Shown here: positions 12,928-26,700 of the stretch, one piece after another
Position numbering within the stretch: the first letter of the stretch is position 1
How the letters are laid out: each line of letters begins with the position of its first letter
Assembly: GCF_001194135.2 (NCBI RefSeq)
Contig: NC_068984.1
Coordinates: forward strand, 63,534,935-63,595,006
Origin: Octopus bimaculoides
Taxonomy: Eukaryota
Direction: 5' to 3'
DNA: 60,072 nucleotides
Position numbers and translations under genes: made by a program
The notes under the pieces: model-generated
The model's database searches: none
Seen by the model: only the letters and a program-made list of their open reading frames with translations
What the model was told of the DNA's origin: nothing

Positions 12928-12992
12928 ACTTAAAATAAGGAGCACTTTCACAGGTCTGCACTTAAAATAAAATAGCAATTTCACAGGGTTGC
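12928..12992. repeat. Diverged 32/33-bp tandem duplication
   Basis: acttaaaataaggagcactttcacaggtctgc / acttaaaataaaatagcaatttcacagggttgc. Confidence 0.8.
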
Positions 12993-14819
12993 ACACGCCG
13001 GAACACTATTCATCAACAAAACTAGTTACCTGAGTGATACTGTATTAATCAGACTTTGAAATATTCAAATAACATCAATATTCACTTTACAAGTTTCATT
13101 TGCCCTGTTACTCATATATGTGCTGCAGCTGTTCAGACAAAAGAAAAAAATCAAGACCCACGATGCTTGGAGAATTTTGCACGCTTCCCAAAACTGGATG
13201 TAACTTAGCAGCGCACCTACTGCAAAATTGCAATCCAGTTTGCAAAGAATTCCTTTGCATATTATATGGCCTTTAAGCTTTCCTACTTCCCAAACAGAGC
13301 ATATCATTCTGAGCTCTTGCCAAAAGGATCTCCATCTACCTTATGGATTTCTCTTTTTACTCCTCTTGTAAACAATTATAGTATCGTGAACAGTACCACC
13401 CGTTTTACACTACAAAACCTTGGTCAATACTTGTAAAATCTTTCCGTTTCTAATACACAGAACAACCGCTTTAAACAACTGTTTCAAACACTACTACAGC
13501 AATATATAGCAGCATCGCATTATTTACAACATGAAAGCTATGAAAGTGTTCACAGAAGATTTGAGACCTCTGTTGTATGAAACGCACTGCAAAGAATAAA
13601 TGCAAATATATTAAAAAGATACGTGATGTATAATCATGAAAAACAATTAATATATCAGATTGAAACAAACAGCAATTATTTGTATTTCCTCCAAAACAGA
13701 TAAAATCTGTATTGGAGTGAATTCCTACGTAAAGACTGTGAGGATTAACGGCAAATCTAATCCTACGACATGCAGCATCAGTCTGTATAAGATCAAGAAA
13801 TAAGCCTAGAACACTGCAAAGGATATTCATCGACTCTGTAAACTGTCTTCGTGCGGCTGGTAAAATCTACTAATCCCAATTTCTGGCAGGTGATATCGAT
13901 AGTTATCTCCTGAATGGACATCCCAGAAAGACAAATCTTCCTTGATGGAATGGTAATCATTGCTTCTAGCATTTTCCAATGCAAATGACACGAAGCTAAG
14001 TGTTTTCAATGTATGTTTTAGGGAACTTTTCAGCTTTCCTTGACGTATGCATTGCATGTCATAAGCAGCAATGTCAAGATGACCAATACAGGATGACCAG
14101 TACAATATATGTGCTTCATCTAGATATATTTATTATTTAGAAGCAATGAATCGAAACAATGATGGAAGAGAGTTTGTTTCCAATCTAAATCCATTCCTCA
14201 GCGTTACGAAAGATTTATCGTCACTAACCATACATAACTATACAAATTTATACATACAAACACATATATATATCTTCATATGTATCTGTGCACGCGTGCA
14301 TGCGCAGGTATGTGTGCACTTCTGTGTGTACCGATGTGCTTATACATATATATAAAAAGATATAGATAGATGCTGATAAATAGATAGGAAGACGAAAAGA
14401 AGATATATACGTAAGTGTGTGTGTGTGTGTATGTATGTTTGTATTTGATGGCGAGAGAGGGACGGAGTTTATTAAAGAGATATTAAACAGAAACTACGCA
14501 AATGACAAACCAGTGCTTGCTTGAAGAATTGAACATACCTATAATATTTCTGTAGGAACAGGTAATAGAAATATATAGAGAGTGAGACATTGAAATGATC
14601 CAAAATATATGAAACGTAAACGGGATATAATTCATATATAAATAGAGAATCATCGATAAATAGTTGATGATTATATGAAATATCAGAACCGTGTAAGTAA
14701 AGATGGGATGAAATGTATTTGGGCGTAAATGTTGAAAATAGAGCTATAAATATATGTAGTAAATATCAAACGCACGCGCAAGGAGGACATAAGTGCGCTA
14801 AAAACACGTGCAAACAATA

Positions 14820-14835
14820 TCTATCTATATGTCTG

Positions 14836-14896
<61 letters not shown>

Positions 14897-14897
14897 A
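14820..14897. repeat. (CTAT)n array on the left flank of the transposon
   Basis: Direct reading. Confidence 0.95.
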
Positions 14898-16146
14898 TAC
14901 AGGGTGTCCAAAAAATGTATACACTCTTTGAATAATTGTAAAGTAGGTGTTTATTAAAATACATTTCATGTTCAAAATTTAATAGAATCGTCAGACATTT
15001 TATTGTTTTGTCAATGCCTGTTTTCAAACTGACGTCTGTTCTTGTCCAGGCATTGCTAACAACGCAAAGCAATGAAATCGCAAATATCACGAAACAATTC
15101 GTTTGGTATTTGTGTGTATTCTCGTTCAATGGCTGCTCTCAAAACAACGATTGTTGCAGGTTTCATAGCGTAGACTCTGTCTTTTAGGTATCCCCATAAA
15201 GAGTTTTGTGGTGTGAGATCTGGTGAACGCGGAGGGTATTCAACCAAACCCCTTCGTCCAATCCATCTGTTGGCAGGATCTCATCAAGGAAAGATCTAAC
15301 ATAATAGTGTGGGTGTGCCCCATCTTGATGAAAATAAAACTGCTCATCTTCAAAGTTTTCTGTCATGCTTGTCATGACACACTGTTGCAGCAAGTTCAAG
15401 TAAACGGGACTAGTCACATTAGCATAAAAAAGAATGGTCCAATTAATCCTCTTGATGATAAGCCACACAACATTGTAACTCCTGGTAAATTAACATGGTG
15501 TTCCACCATAACATTCAGATTCTCAGGTCCCCAGTAGGTGAAATTGTGGCGGTTAATTGAACCATTTAAGCTGAATGTGGCCTCATCACTCCACACAATC
15601 TTTGTTGAAAAGTGTGCATCTTCTAGACTTAGGGCAAAGTACCACACGCAATACTGCATTCTTTGGTCTCGATCAATGTCTTTAATAGCATGGACTAATC
15701 TTGGAACGTGATTTTTCCATTCACAACGCTTCAAAATGCGTTGGACAGACGATTTTGGAATACCTACCTCATGACTCGCTTGCCTCACAGGTTTTCTTGG
15801 ACATTGGTGATTCGCTTTCAGTACTCCTTGCTTTGTGGTGGTTGTTGATGTTCGTGGTCTTCTGAAATGCTTCTCGTGGAAAATCCGAACAGTTCCCTCG
15901 ACTTCAAACTTTTCTCTAATTCGAGTGATGGTGAGCCGCATTGGTAGATCTGTTTGAGATTCTCTCCTAAGCTACTTTTTCACTTCACCTGCGTTTTCAA
16001 ACTTCCAGTAACATTTTAGAAGGAATTTCGTTTGTTCAAAGCTTAGTCTGACTACCACGACTAATTCCAATGAGTTTCATCTGGAAAGAAAAAAACATCA
16101 AATGAGTTAACAGCTGCTAAATTGTGTATACATGTTTTGGGGACAC
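14898..16146 (-). mobile_element. Near full-length Tc1/mariner transposon (rosa/maT-like) with a pseudogenised transposase
   Basis: Left end TA+cagggtgtccaaaaaatgtatacac; right end gtgtatacatgttttggggacac is the matching TIR, cut by the gap at 16147. Transposase on the minus strand: RLSFEQTKFLLKCYWKFEN HTH, stop at 15972-15974, [34 protein letters not shown]. At least two frameshifts; third Asp lost. Confidence 0.93.
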
Positions 16147-16172
16147 NNNNNNNNNNNNNNNNNNNNNNNNNN

Positions 16173-16225
16173 TATATAGAGAGAGAGAGAGAGAGAGAGA
16201 TAGGTAGATAGGTAGATAGACAGAC

Positions 16226-16274
<49 letters not shown>

Positions 16275-16295
16275 TATAGATAGATAGATAGATAT
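16173..16295. repeat. (GA)n-(GATA)n array on the right flank of the transposon
   Basis: Direct reading; opposite orientation to the left-flank array. Confidence 0.95.
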
Positions 16296-17829
16296 TATAC
16301 ACACATGCACACTACATATATAATTCGCTGAGGCATTAAGAGTCCGCTTCGTCTTATGGTAGAAACAACTGTAAGACAATCATTTATACTTTTGTCATCT
16401 TATTTCCTTATACACCCACACACATGCATACACACACCCACATATATGTAAATGATTAGTATAAGATATGATTTCAGAGAATGGTGTGGATAACTCAATA
16501 AGCTCCTCCTATGGACTTGGTTATGATTGCACGTATTCATCATTTACAATGTAGTCTAATAGAAAGTATCCATCTAATGAAAAATCCAGAAAATACGAGT
16601 GATTTTTTTTGGCGGAGGTTAGGTAATAGTATATAAAAATATATACTCAGGAGATATGAAAGGAGAATATTATTTATTAAACCGAATGTATTGAAATTTC
16701 ATAATCAGTTGAAGCTATTGTTATCTAGTTTCAAATAATTTATCAAAGCACGCAAGACTGCGCTGAAACTCAGAGTAACGGCATATTTTTTCAGCTAAAA
16801 TTTCTACAACTGTGTATCACTATGTCTCATTGCGTGAGTTTGAACATCAAATAGACATACATTTGCATAAGCAGTCAAGAAATATTCATATACATACAAA
16901 TATGAACTCGTGGTCAAATACGTTCGTAACGTCCATACAAACTCAAGTATTTCCTTACACCCAGAGATATCCATATTGATCTAAACGGACACGTTTGTGT
17001 GCGTTTTAGACTTTTGTTTATTTTCGTATGAATGCAGCACTATATCTATGTATACATACTTACATAGACGCACATACACATATATATGTGTGTGTTTATT
17101 ATACAGATTCGCATTTAAACAGATTCTCATATATACATATTCGCATATAAACACGCAAACAATCACATAACTAATATGTTGCTCCAATAAAAGCAAGATT
17201 TTATTCAAAGAAATAGTTCAAAGAAACGGCTGCGATTGTAAAGATAAAAGACACGAGGGTTATACCTTCATAGAAAATGAAAATGAAGATATGTGAAGGA
17301 AAAAGAAGAAAAGACACGGAGAAGTGGTGAAAGAAAGTCAATGAGAGATAGATGATGAACCTCGAGTGAGTGAGCTTGAAAATATTGAATGTATAGGGCG
17401 GTGATTTGTGAAATATTTTAGTTTATGAGAAAGGAGAAATGTAAATATCTATAAATTTATTGCTTACTATACAGTATTATCTGAAGAAAAAAAGGCTAAT
17501 TGGATAATTTGAATATGAATGCATCTAAATGTTTAATTGATTTTTTTCTCTCATATTTCCTTCATTGTCTCTATTATCATTGCTAAGCTAAAGTTCTAAG
17601 CTTTATTTTATGTATTTATTCAATTTGTTGTTTTACTTTTGTTTTGATCTTCGTCTGATGTTGAAAATTTTGTGTGTTTTATTTTGCGCAAATACAATTC
17701 GGGTTAAAAGAAAAAAGAAAGGGAAAAACAATGCAAAACGACAAAATGAAAACACAAACGTACCTATAAAAATATGAACAAAATCTCCAATAAAACAAGG
17801 ATGACTATTAGATACGCACTGCTACTAAT

Positions 17830-17995
17830 ACAAACACACACACTCACACGCACACACACACACACATAAACACGCACACATATATAGATACATATATATA
17901 TATATGCAGATATATAGATATATAGATACATACATAACAACATATTTACACACGCACACATATACACATATGATTGATACACACACACGCACACA

Positions 17996-18069
<74 letters not shown>

Positions 18070-18400
18070 CGTATATACGCAGGTAAAATTGTGTTTGTAC
18101 GTGCGTGTATNNNNNNNNNNNNNNNNNNNNNNNNNNNNNNNNNNNNNNNNNNNNNNNNNNNNNNNNNNNNNNNNNNNNNNNNNNNNNNNNNNNNNNNNNN
18201 NNNNNNNNNNNNNNNNNNNNNNNNNNNNNNNNNNNNNNNNNNNNNNNNNNNNNNNNNNNNNNNNNNNNNNNNNNNNNNNNNNNNNNNNNNNNNNNNNNNN
18301 NNNNNNNNNNNNNNNNNNNNNNNNNNNNNNNNNNNNNNNNNNNNNNNNNNNNNNNNTATATATATATATATATATAGATAGATATATATACATATGTATG
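17830..18400. repeat. (CA)n/(TA)n compound tracts around a gap
   Basis: Direct reading. Confidence 0.9.
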
Positions 18401-18824
18401 TATATTGTATGTAATATCTCTACATATATAGTCTTTAATATCTACACATATACAGTGAGTTGTGCGTGGAAGTATTCATAGTGAAGGAAATTTCTGAGAC
18501 TATGAAAAGAGGACTTTTGTAAAAGATGACAATATTGCCAACAATAAAATAAGAAAAAGTATCATCGTTGCCATAAATAACATCTTTCCTATCGCTTCAT
18601 AATCTTTAGGGAAAAAAATTCTAAAGATGTTTAAAGAAACAACATTAATCGTTATCCTTTTGTGTGTTTACTTGTTTATCCTCGCTCTCTGTTACATAAA
18701 AGTATTAACACGCACATATCCTCAACGCGCACACATATATTATTACATACCATTGTGCATATATGTGTGTTTCCTTAAGTATAGAGTATATGTTATATAT
18801 GTATGTGTGTGTATAATATTTATG

Positions 18825-18868
<44 letters not shown>

Positions 18869-21800
18869 NNNNNNNNNNNNNNNNNNNNNNNNNNNNNNNN
18901 NNNNNNNNNNNNNNNNNNNNNNNNNNNNNNNNNNNNNNNNNNNNNNNNNNNNNNNNNNNNNNNNNNNNNNNNNNNNNNNNNNNNNNNNNNNNNNNNNNNN
19001 NNNNNNNNNNNNNNNNNNNNNNNNNNNNNNNNNNNNNNNNNNNNNNNNNNNNNNNNNNNNNNNNNNNNNNNNNNNNNNNNNNNNNNNNNNNNNNNNNNNN
19101 NNNNNNNNNNNNNNNNNNNNNNNNNNNNNNNNNNNNNNNNNNNNNNNNNNNNNNNNNNNNNNNNNNNNNNNNNNNNNNNNNNNNNNNNNNNNNNNNNNNN
19201 NNNNNNNNNNNNNNNNNNNNNNNNNNNNNNNNNNNNNNNNNNNNNNNNNNNNNNNNNNNNNNNNNNNNNNNNNNNNNNNNNNNNNNNNNNNNNNNNNNNN
19301 NNNNNNNNNNNNNNNNNNNNNNNNNNNNNNNNNNNNNNNNNNNNNNNNNNNNNNNNTATATATATATATATATATATATATACAGTTCGCATTTATATAT
19401 ATCTCGTCAATTAGTACAATGAACACGGCAAACCATCCATGATTATCCACTTGTTTTTTTACAGACTACGGCTAGTCAATTAATATAAATACTTGTATTA
19501 ACATATGTAACAGTTCCTGACAGTCGTAGTCCTACCGATGATTTGGCTAAGTATCGCTTCGTATTGAATTTAAATTAATTAATTTAGTATCTGAAGTTAT
19601 AATTTAATGATGCTTATTTCGAACGAAACCTTTGTTGAATGCAATTAAAATTTGAACTCAGTGTGAATTTTTAGCCTTTTTCTCTAAATTTGTTAGTCTA
19701 CTGGACCATTTTTAGTCGATAATCTGTATGCTTATTCGGGGTTCATGTGGTAAGGCTGGGGTTATTCATGGAGGTAAAGTAATTTATAAGTATCACACGA
19801 ACGCAGTGTTTCGTGTTCTTTTAAATTTTGTTGGATTTCAGAATTTGTGAAGAAGACATATTTACGCGCGTGCGCACACACATTTATATATGCACACATA
19901 TATACACACATGTGCATATGTGGGAGTAATTGGGCCTCCACCGTTCACACTTTGGACATTCTATTGCTTGATGAATTGAATTGACTGCTCTAAATTCGCA
20001 AGGTATCTGACAATTATTAAGACAAATGTAATGCTAATGTAATTTACAAGCATAATCTTTATCTTATTGTTTTGAGAGAAAGAATTAGTAAAATGAAACA
20101 GCATTTACTCGGTAAGCGCATTCTACTTAGCACATTTAAATAGTTTGATATATTATAATATGAATAATTTGATATACTCTAAAGTAAATACGTTTTGTTT
20201 CGTTTTGAGAAATTCCATGAGCAGAAAATGCCAAAATTCAGTGAAAAGATTTGACATGTTTTTTTCTCTATATTAATTCAGATTTCAACAGAAAAAGACT
20301 GAAATCCCCATTTTTCACATGTATTCAGTTTCGATTTTCTCCAACTCCTCAATCCGTCATTAGCTCTTTCTCTCTATACCCTTCGTTCCATTTCTCCTCT
20401 GAGTACCTCACGATCTCTAAAATGTTTGTATGGAATGTCGATGAATATCCACATTTCTCATCTTCTCATAAATGGTATTATGTGCCCATCAATAACAAAC
20501 TTCTCTAATTTAGACCCTTATTCCTCTTTAAGCTTACTCTATATATTATCTACTGGACGTGCAACCTTCCGTTACTTCACATGGGAATCTTCTCTCGAGA
20601 GTTTCTACGAACAAATGGATTTCATCCGTAAGCATTTAAATTTCTTAAAAACATTAACCGGCATTGTAAAATCTGTCCTTTAGCTTTTATGAATTTTGGA
20701 TTCACATAAGTGGGAGGGTTTTGCCCGTATTTCCAGCAAGTAGAGTAACCATGTACACTTTACGAATATTACAATAAATAAATGTCTAAATTTCAATATA
20801 AGGAAATAAATCATATTATCAAATTATACGATTTCCTTAGTAGAAAATAAAGACATTTAGAGACATTGCATTGCAGCAATGAGACATAAGCACTACATTT
20901 GATGGGAAGATCTTGTGGGAAGCACGGATGCTTTCATCAGATTTGTCGAGAGTGAAAACACACTGCGGGGATATATGAGACAGAGAAAGAAACAGAAACT
21001 GTCGTGTTAAAACGGATTGCGTTAAACTGTAGCACTATCTCTTCTGGAATAAACTTAAACCTGCTTTAAATGGTAAGGATATATCCCCGATGAAAAAAAA
21101 TAGAAAGAAGAGGTAAAATTGAATAATTTGGAAGACAAATGTTTAAGGGTAATAAAAGATGGTACCCTCATTGGATTAGGGTGACTGGGAGTACTTTTAC
21201 ACGTGATATGCAAATGAGCGTTGTATGGTCAAAGGTTGGTGAGCCTCGTATGGTAAAAAGAAATAGTTTTGGAGTATATATTTCCAGTGCATTGTGGATG
21301 TAAAACCCAACTGAAAAACCTCAAAACAACCACGTACAATAGTTTAAATAATACATTACTCTCTTATTGTGGTATTGAACAGCACGTTTAACTTCCATAT
21401 CATTCAAAATTATGGCAACTCATCCAATAGTGCTTGCTATTTGGGCCATATTTTACCATTTCCAGTATGCATGAATGCTGAAATTAAAAGAAAAATAGGA
21501 TCATTATTGGAGATAACAATTTCCTATATGTTCCTGTCAGTACAAAATATTCTTTCTTAATTTTGTGATAGCGAACAATTTCGTGTTCCTTTGTAAAAAG
21601 ATATCATTGATTTTTGTTTTCTAATTGCTATGATAAATGTAGAGTATCTAAAGAAAGTGATATAATAAAACTTCACTATACTTGATTAAGAAATTGCATG
21701 TCTTTTGTTATATAATCTAGAAAAGAATGTATTGTATTAACAAAGAATCTTCTATGTAATTACACTACCTGATAAAAGTAATACCCAAATCATTCTCTAC

Positions 21801-21977
21801 TATTTTAATTGTTTACATTTAGAAGAATGAAACAATTGTCATAGATCTAATGCCTTTGATTATGGGGTCCACTCAATCAGCGTTTCATTGTGACTAAAGG
21901 ATAAGTGTAACAGAAACAGTAGATCATCAAATTACTTTACATTATTATATTTCACTTACGGAACAACATGGTGAATA

Positions 21978-21980
<3 letters not shown>

Positions 21981-22020
<40 letters not shown>
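21981..22020. repeat. (CA)n microsatellite
   Basis: Pure CA run. Confidence 0.95.
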
Positions 22021-22022
<2 letters not shown>

Positions 22023-23227
22023 AACTGCTTCTGTTGAACTTATTGTTTGGTCCCAATTAATCGCTGATCAAAGAAACCCTAGCACAATGTATAAATATAT
22101 GTGTGTGTGTATGTGTATATGTACATATTTAAGGGGGGTGAAATAGACAGGGGGAAAGCAAGAGAGATTAAATTCTGCTCTATGAAATTTCTGATTCTCA
22201 AATTCCAAACACTTTAGAGATTGTTATTTTCAAATATATTAAAGCGGTGGCATCGATCTTGGAATAGCATCATTGCAAATCAAATTTCGTAATCACGAAA
22301 CCATGTCGACATTTAATCTAATTGCTATCAATATTACGAAAAAACATATCATGCATGTGTAAATTATTTTATGCTATTTTATTACATACTGCATGATTAT
22401 ATGCAGCAATGTGCACACCAGACATATCTGTTGATATACAAGACGTGGTTCGACTAAAACAATTGATTTTGACGATGATTGCTGCAATAATACATATATG
22501 TAAATGCATGCTACATACTATTATTTCAGCGTAGATACCGTTGATTTTACGGAAAGCAAAATTTAGTGAAATCAATATTAATTCGGAAATGAATTAATTT
22601 TTCCTGCCTTCATTTACCATTGCAATCACAAGTAATTAGTGCAGTAAATCCTAAGATTCAAAATGCGTACAGAGTAATTTTAAATAACTATCTAAAACAG
22701 TATACGTTTCTCTTTTACGTACTTCCTATGGTGTTTTCACTTGATAGTTACGCTTAGACGACTAGGACATTATATTTCATATTTATTCTTACGATCAAAA
22801 TAACGAATACAATTATTTTATAATAGTCCTCTAATATCTTAAATAAAGAAAATGGATACATTATATTAGTTTCAGATGCATTACTGACATGTAAGTTATA
22901 ACACTGGGGAACATTTTCAAAAAATTGTTTTAGTTGCTTTGCTTCTAGCAATTAGATCTACCTAATATTTCTGAGTGCGTTCAAAATACCAATTTTCATA
23001 AGATATATTTACAGATTCGAAAACACATGTCTCACCTAAGTCATGCTTAGCGTGTGATTATCTGCAAACAACATCCACAAATATGAGACATGTATGATAT
23101 GAATGACCACAAAAATGTGTTGTTTATTAACATCTAATTGTATAAAATGTACTTCTATGAGGATATAATTAATACTAATTACGTTGAAAATAGTGAATGT
23201 TGGATGCTTTTATTTACTGAAGACTAG

Positions 23228-23378
23228 GCAACAAGACATATGTTCCCAGGGGAAATTGCATGTTCGGGAGAGAAACGGCCTATACCTGACCACTTTTGTG
23301 AGAGTAGTTGGAAATTATATTTGGGAGAAAATGGCCCAAATTCTTACAACACAGAAAAATTCACTAAACACCCTGTTT
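23228..23378 (+). CDS. Candidate 151-nt exon, ATRHMFPGEIACSGEKRPIPDHFCESSWKLYLGENGPNSYNTEKFTKHPV, gene unknown
   Basis: TAG at 23225-23227 after cttttatttactgaagac, non-repetitive open frame (part of ORF 23240-23461), donor TTT|GTAAGC at 23379. No family recognised. Confidence 0.25.
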
Positions 23379-23711
23379 GTAAGCACACGTGCCCTGCAGA
23401 CAGGAGACCTGACAATATATGTAGAAGCATAAAAACCGTTACAGGAGGCCAGCAAAGATAACATAATTTTGAAAATGTATTATTGTGAATATAAGAAGGA
23501 CGAAGATGTTTATGATGGTATCATATGTATTTTTAATGTAGTATTTGTCAGCAACATTTTCTTAATATCGACGATAAAGCTATATGCTTTACATACCTTG
23601 CATAAACATAAGCTTTTGGTCGGAAGTTTAAAGATTTTATTTTATCTTCTTATATATTTGAATTGTGAATAATAACTATTTAATAAAAATATCTTGAATG
23701 TNNNNNNNNNN

Positions 23712-23752
<41 letters not shown>

Positions 23753-26700
23753 CACCGTGTCCATGTTCATAAAGCTTTTCATGAGGAAGCCTGTTTTAAT
23801 TTTATTGTGTTCAGAATAATCAGGTATTCCGTTCAATATATGACCTTCATTTACAGCTTGTTTTTTGTCACATTTAAATACTTTCATCCTTTTGAATCAT
23901 GCTGAATATATTACGCGTATGTTTATCTCTTACGAAATATGAACGCTAATTCTAATATCAATGATAAACCTAGTAAGGGAGGTTTGTCAACCATTTTTAT
24001 AGGTTCTCTCTCTTGTATATATATCTAAATTTTCATACCTGCGTTTTATTTTATTGTAATTTTCAATTTTATAACTCCATTCGTAACAAAAAAATTTGCA
24101 GTGTATCTTTCTCCTTATCGTGTTACAATATGCTGGAAGCTCAACGATCATTAGCATTATAAAATTAGATTGTTACTTCAAGGCAAAATCTCATTCTCTA
24201 CAGATGTGAAAAGAAAAGGAAAACTTGTAAAATTTATATAGGTGAATTTTAGGGCTTATAAATCTATTATTTATAAATCTCTTTCCAAACCTCTCATGTG
24301 TGGGGAAAATGAAGAAACACAAACTTCAAGATCCCAAATATTGACATCTGAAATTAATACACTAATAGTAATGAATATAATAATCGAAATGCTTCGAATG
24401 TGTGAATGAATGAAAGAAACTATAAAAAAGAAATGATTAGTTATTAGTTTCACGGCTATGAATGTTATTGCCATTATACGGTACACACATTAAACTATTT
24501 CCATGTCCTCTGAGGAAATACAAATATACAAGTAATATATACCGAAAGCGTTGCAAATCCGTGTTTTCGTTTCTATTTGCCTCTTCTATATTTAGAATGA
24601 AGAAACGTTTCCCTGAAACAACGTTCTACTTTGGCGAAGGAAATTCACCTAGTTAAATCTTATTTTATTATAGTTGGTATGAAAGAGTTTTACTAATAAT
24701 TGTCATATTTCTTTCTCCTCTATCATTCTCGCTCCAGTCTACACTCTACTTTTCTATTTATCACTCCAAATCCCTTTCATAATCTACCTATTTCAAGCAG
24801 TTCTCCTTATCCTTTCACATTTTTATTATATATAGTGTACCAATTTATATTTATCTGTTCCATTCAACATGCCATTAGTACCTTTCACCTTATTATATGT
24901 TTTGCTGCTTGTCAATTGTTAATTGAATATTTTCTCAAAAACTTTTCTTTTACCTCAGAATATTCTACATAATATAAGATTCGAACATTCCATTAACGTG
25001 TTCATTTTTCGAATATATTTATTCACTCTTTGATCGTATATTCAGCCGCTAGAGTTATAACGTGATTTATCACTTATTTCCAGATATACCCGAACTTTGT
25101 TTCTAATCTTTACTTTATTTCATATCAGTACATTTATTTTGCATACTCTATGTTTTCATTTACTTCGGTCTCAATTAAAAGTAGTCTGCTCGTTTGGCTA
25201 AAAAAGTTGTATTATTTCGCAGATGGCTTTCAGACCTGCTACAGTAGTTGGTAATGCAGAGAAAGGTCAAATAACATTGCTAATCACGTTTTATAAAAAT
25301 GAATTAAGATTTACTGCACACAAATATTTTATCAATTCATCTTTTAATAATTGCTTTCGTGTTTCAGTTGTTTTTCTCCTTCTTTTTTGTTGATATTATA
25401 TGGAGTGTAATGACAGTCTATTATTTGAAACATTTGAAACATAAAGAAATTTGTTTAAATTTAAAATCATAAAATGAAAATAAATAAAATATACCCAAAA
25501 TCAATATGAAACTATCAATTGTTTCTCAAAAGAAGCATTCAGTCTGGTTAAAAGTCAAATGTCGCATTTGAAACAGAATGGCATGAATTAACTATCGAAT
25601 GTTAACTGAATAAAACGTCGGAATCTACTCTTTGGTAGGTAATTATCGTTATATTTGTGTAGGTCTAGACAGATACCTCCTCATTGAATACATCACTACT
25701 TAGTTGGTTAGTACATGTTTTGTTCATCAGTATGCCATACAATCTGATTAAATTCGCAAAAATAAATATCTTCATTGTAAATATGTCAAAGGCTAGAACA
25801 ATATATTTGTCCTTTATCTCCATTCGCTTTCAAACGAACAAATATCGAAACAGTCTATAATTATTCTTTCTTTAGATTTTTATAAGAAGATACTTGAAAA
25901 CTATTATTGCCTGCTCTTTTTACCGAAACTTCACTATAATTACATGGAACTTAATGAATGCATTGTCAAATCAAAGTGTATGTGACTAGTTAGTTTAATA
26001 GATTGGTGTTGGTATATAATATACTTGATAATTGTAGAATACTGGTTCTTAACCATTTAATTTTTATTAACAGTATTATCATTAACAATGTCGTATTTCC
26101 AAAATATAGATTTGGAAATAAACAACGGATATAAAATGTAAAACGATGTTACAGTCTCTGAAAATATGCCAACAAAATACAAAAGTATCATAAATGGACA
26201 TATATCTTTTACGTGTGAAGTATGATAGTATTAATTAATTTATTAATACTACTGATTGTAGTGGGACTATATTTTCAAATTGGCAACTTTGAAACATTAT
26301 TAGCGATGCTGACTACATGAACTGGGTAGTTAGTGTTGTTGTTGTTACTGTAAAATGGAGGCTTTATGCATGAATAAGGACTCAGCAAGGGCATAGTTAT
26401 TATGATGTTACAAGGAATTTAAAATATATTTTATAGTGCTTATGTTATTGCAACATTTAGGAAAACTGTTCATGAAAATAACTATCATGCACTGAAAATA
26501 TGTTTTACATGAAAACATTTCTCTAAATGTTTTTTTATATAAGATGCAAATCTTTATAATTTTAAAATTATGGTACTTTCTAAATTGTATGATTGTCTGT
26601 TCAGTAATACAAAAAAAACTATGAATAACGTAAAATATCACATTTATCGCAATGTTGTATAGATCTGTAGTACCATAGAGCTAATTTTCTCATAATTTCA

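Noticed and set aside
14100-14125. DEAH word suggesting a helicase exon
   Set aside because: The downstream sequence has no other helicase motif and the frame ends in a stop without a donor.
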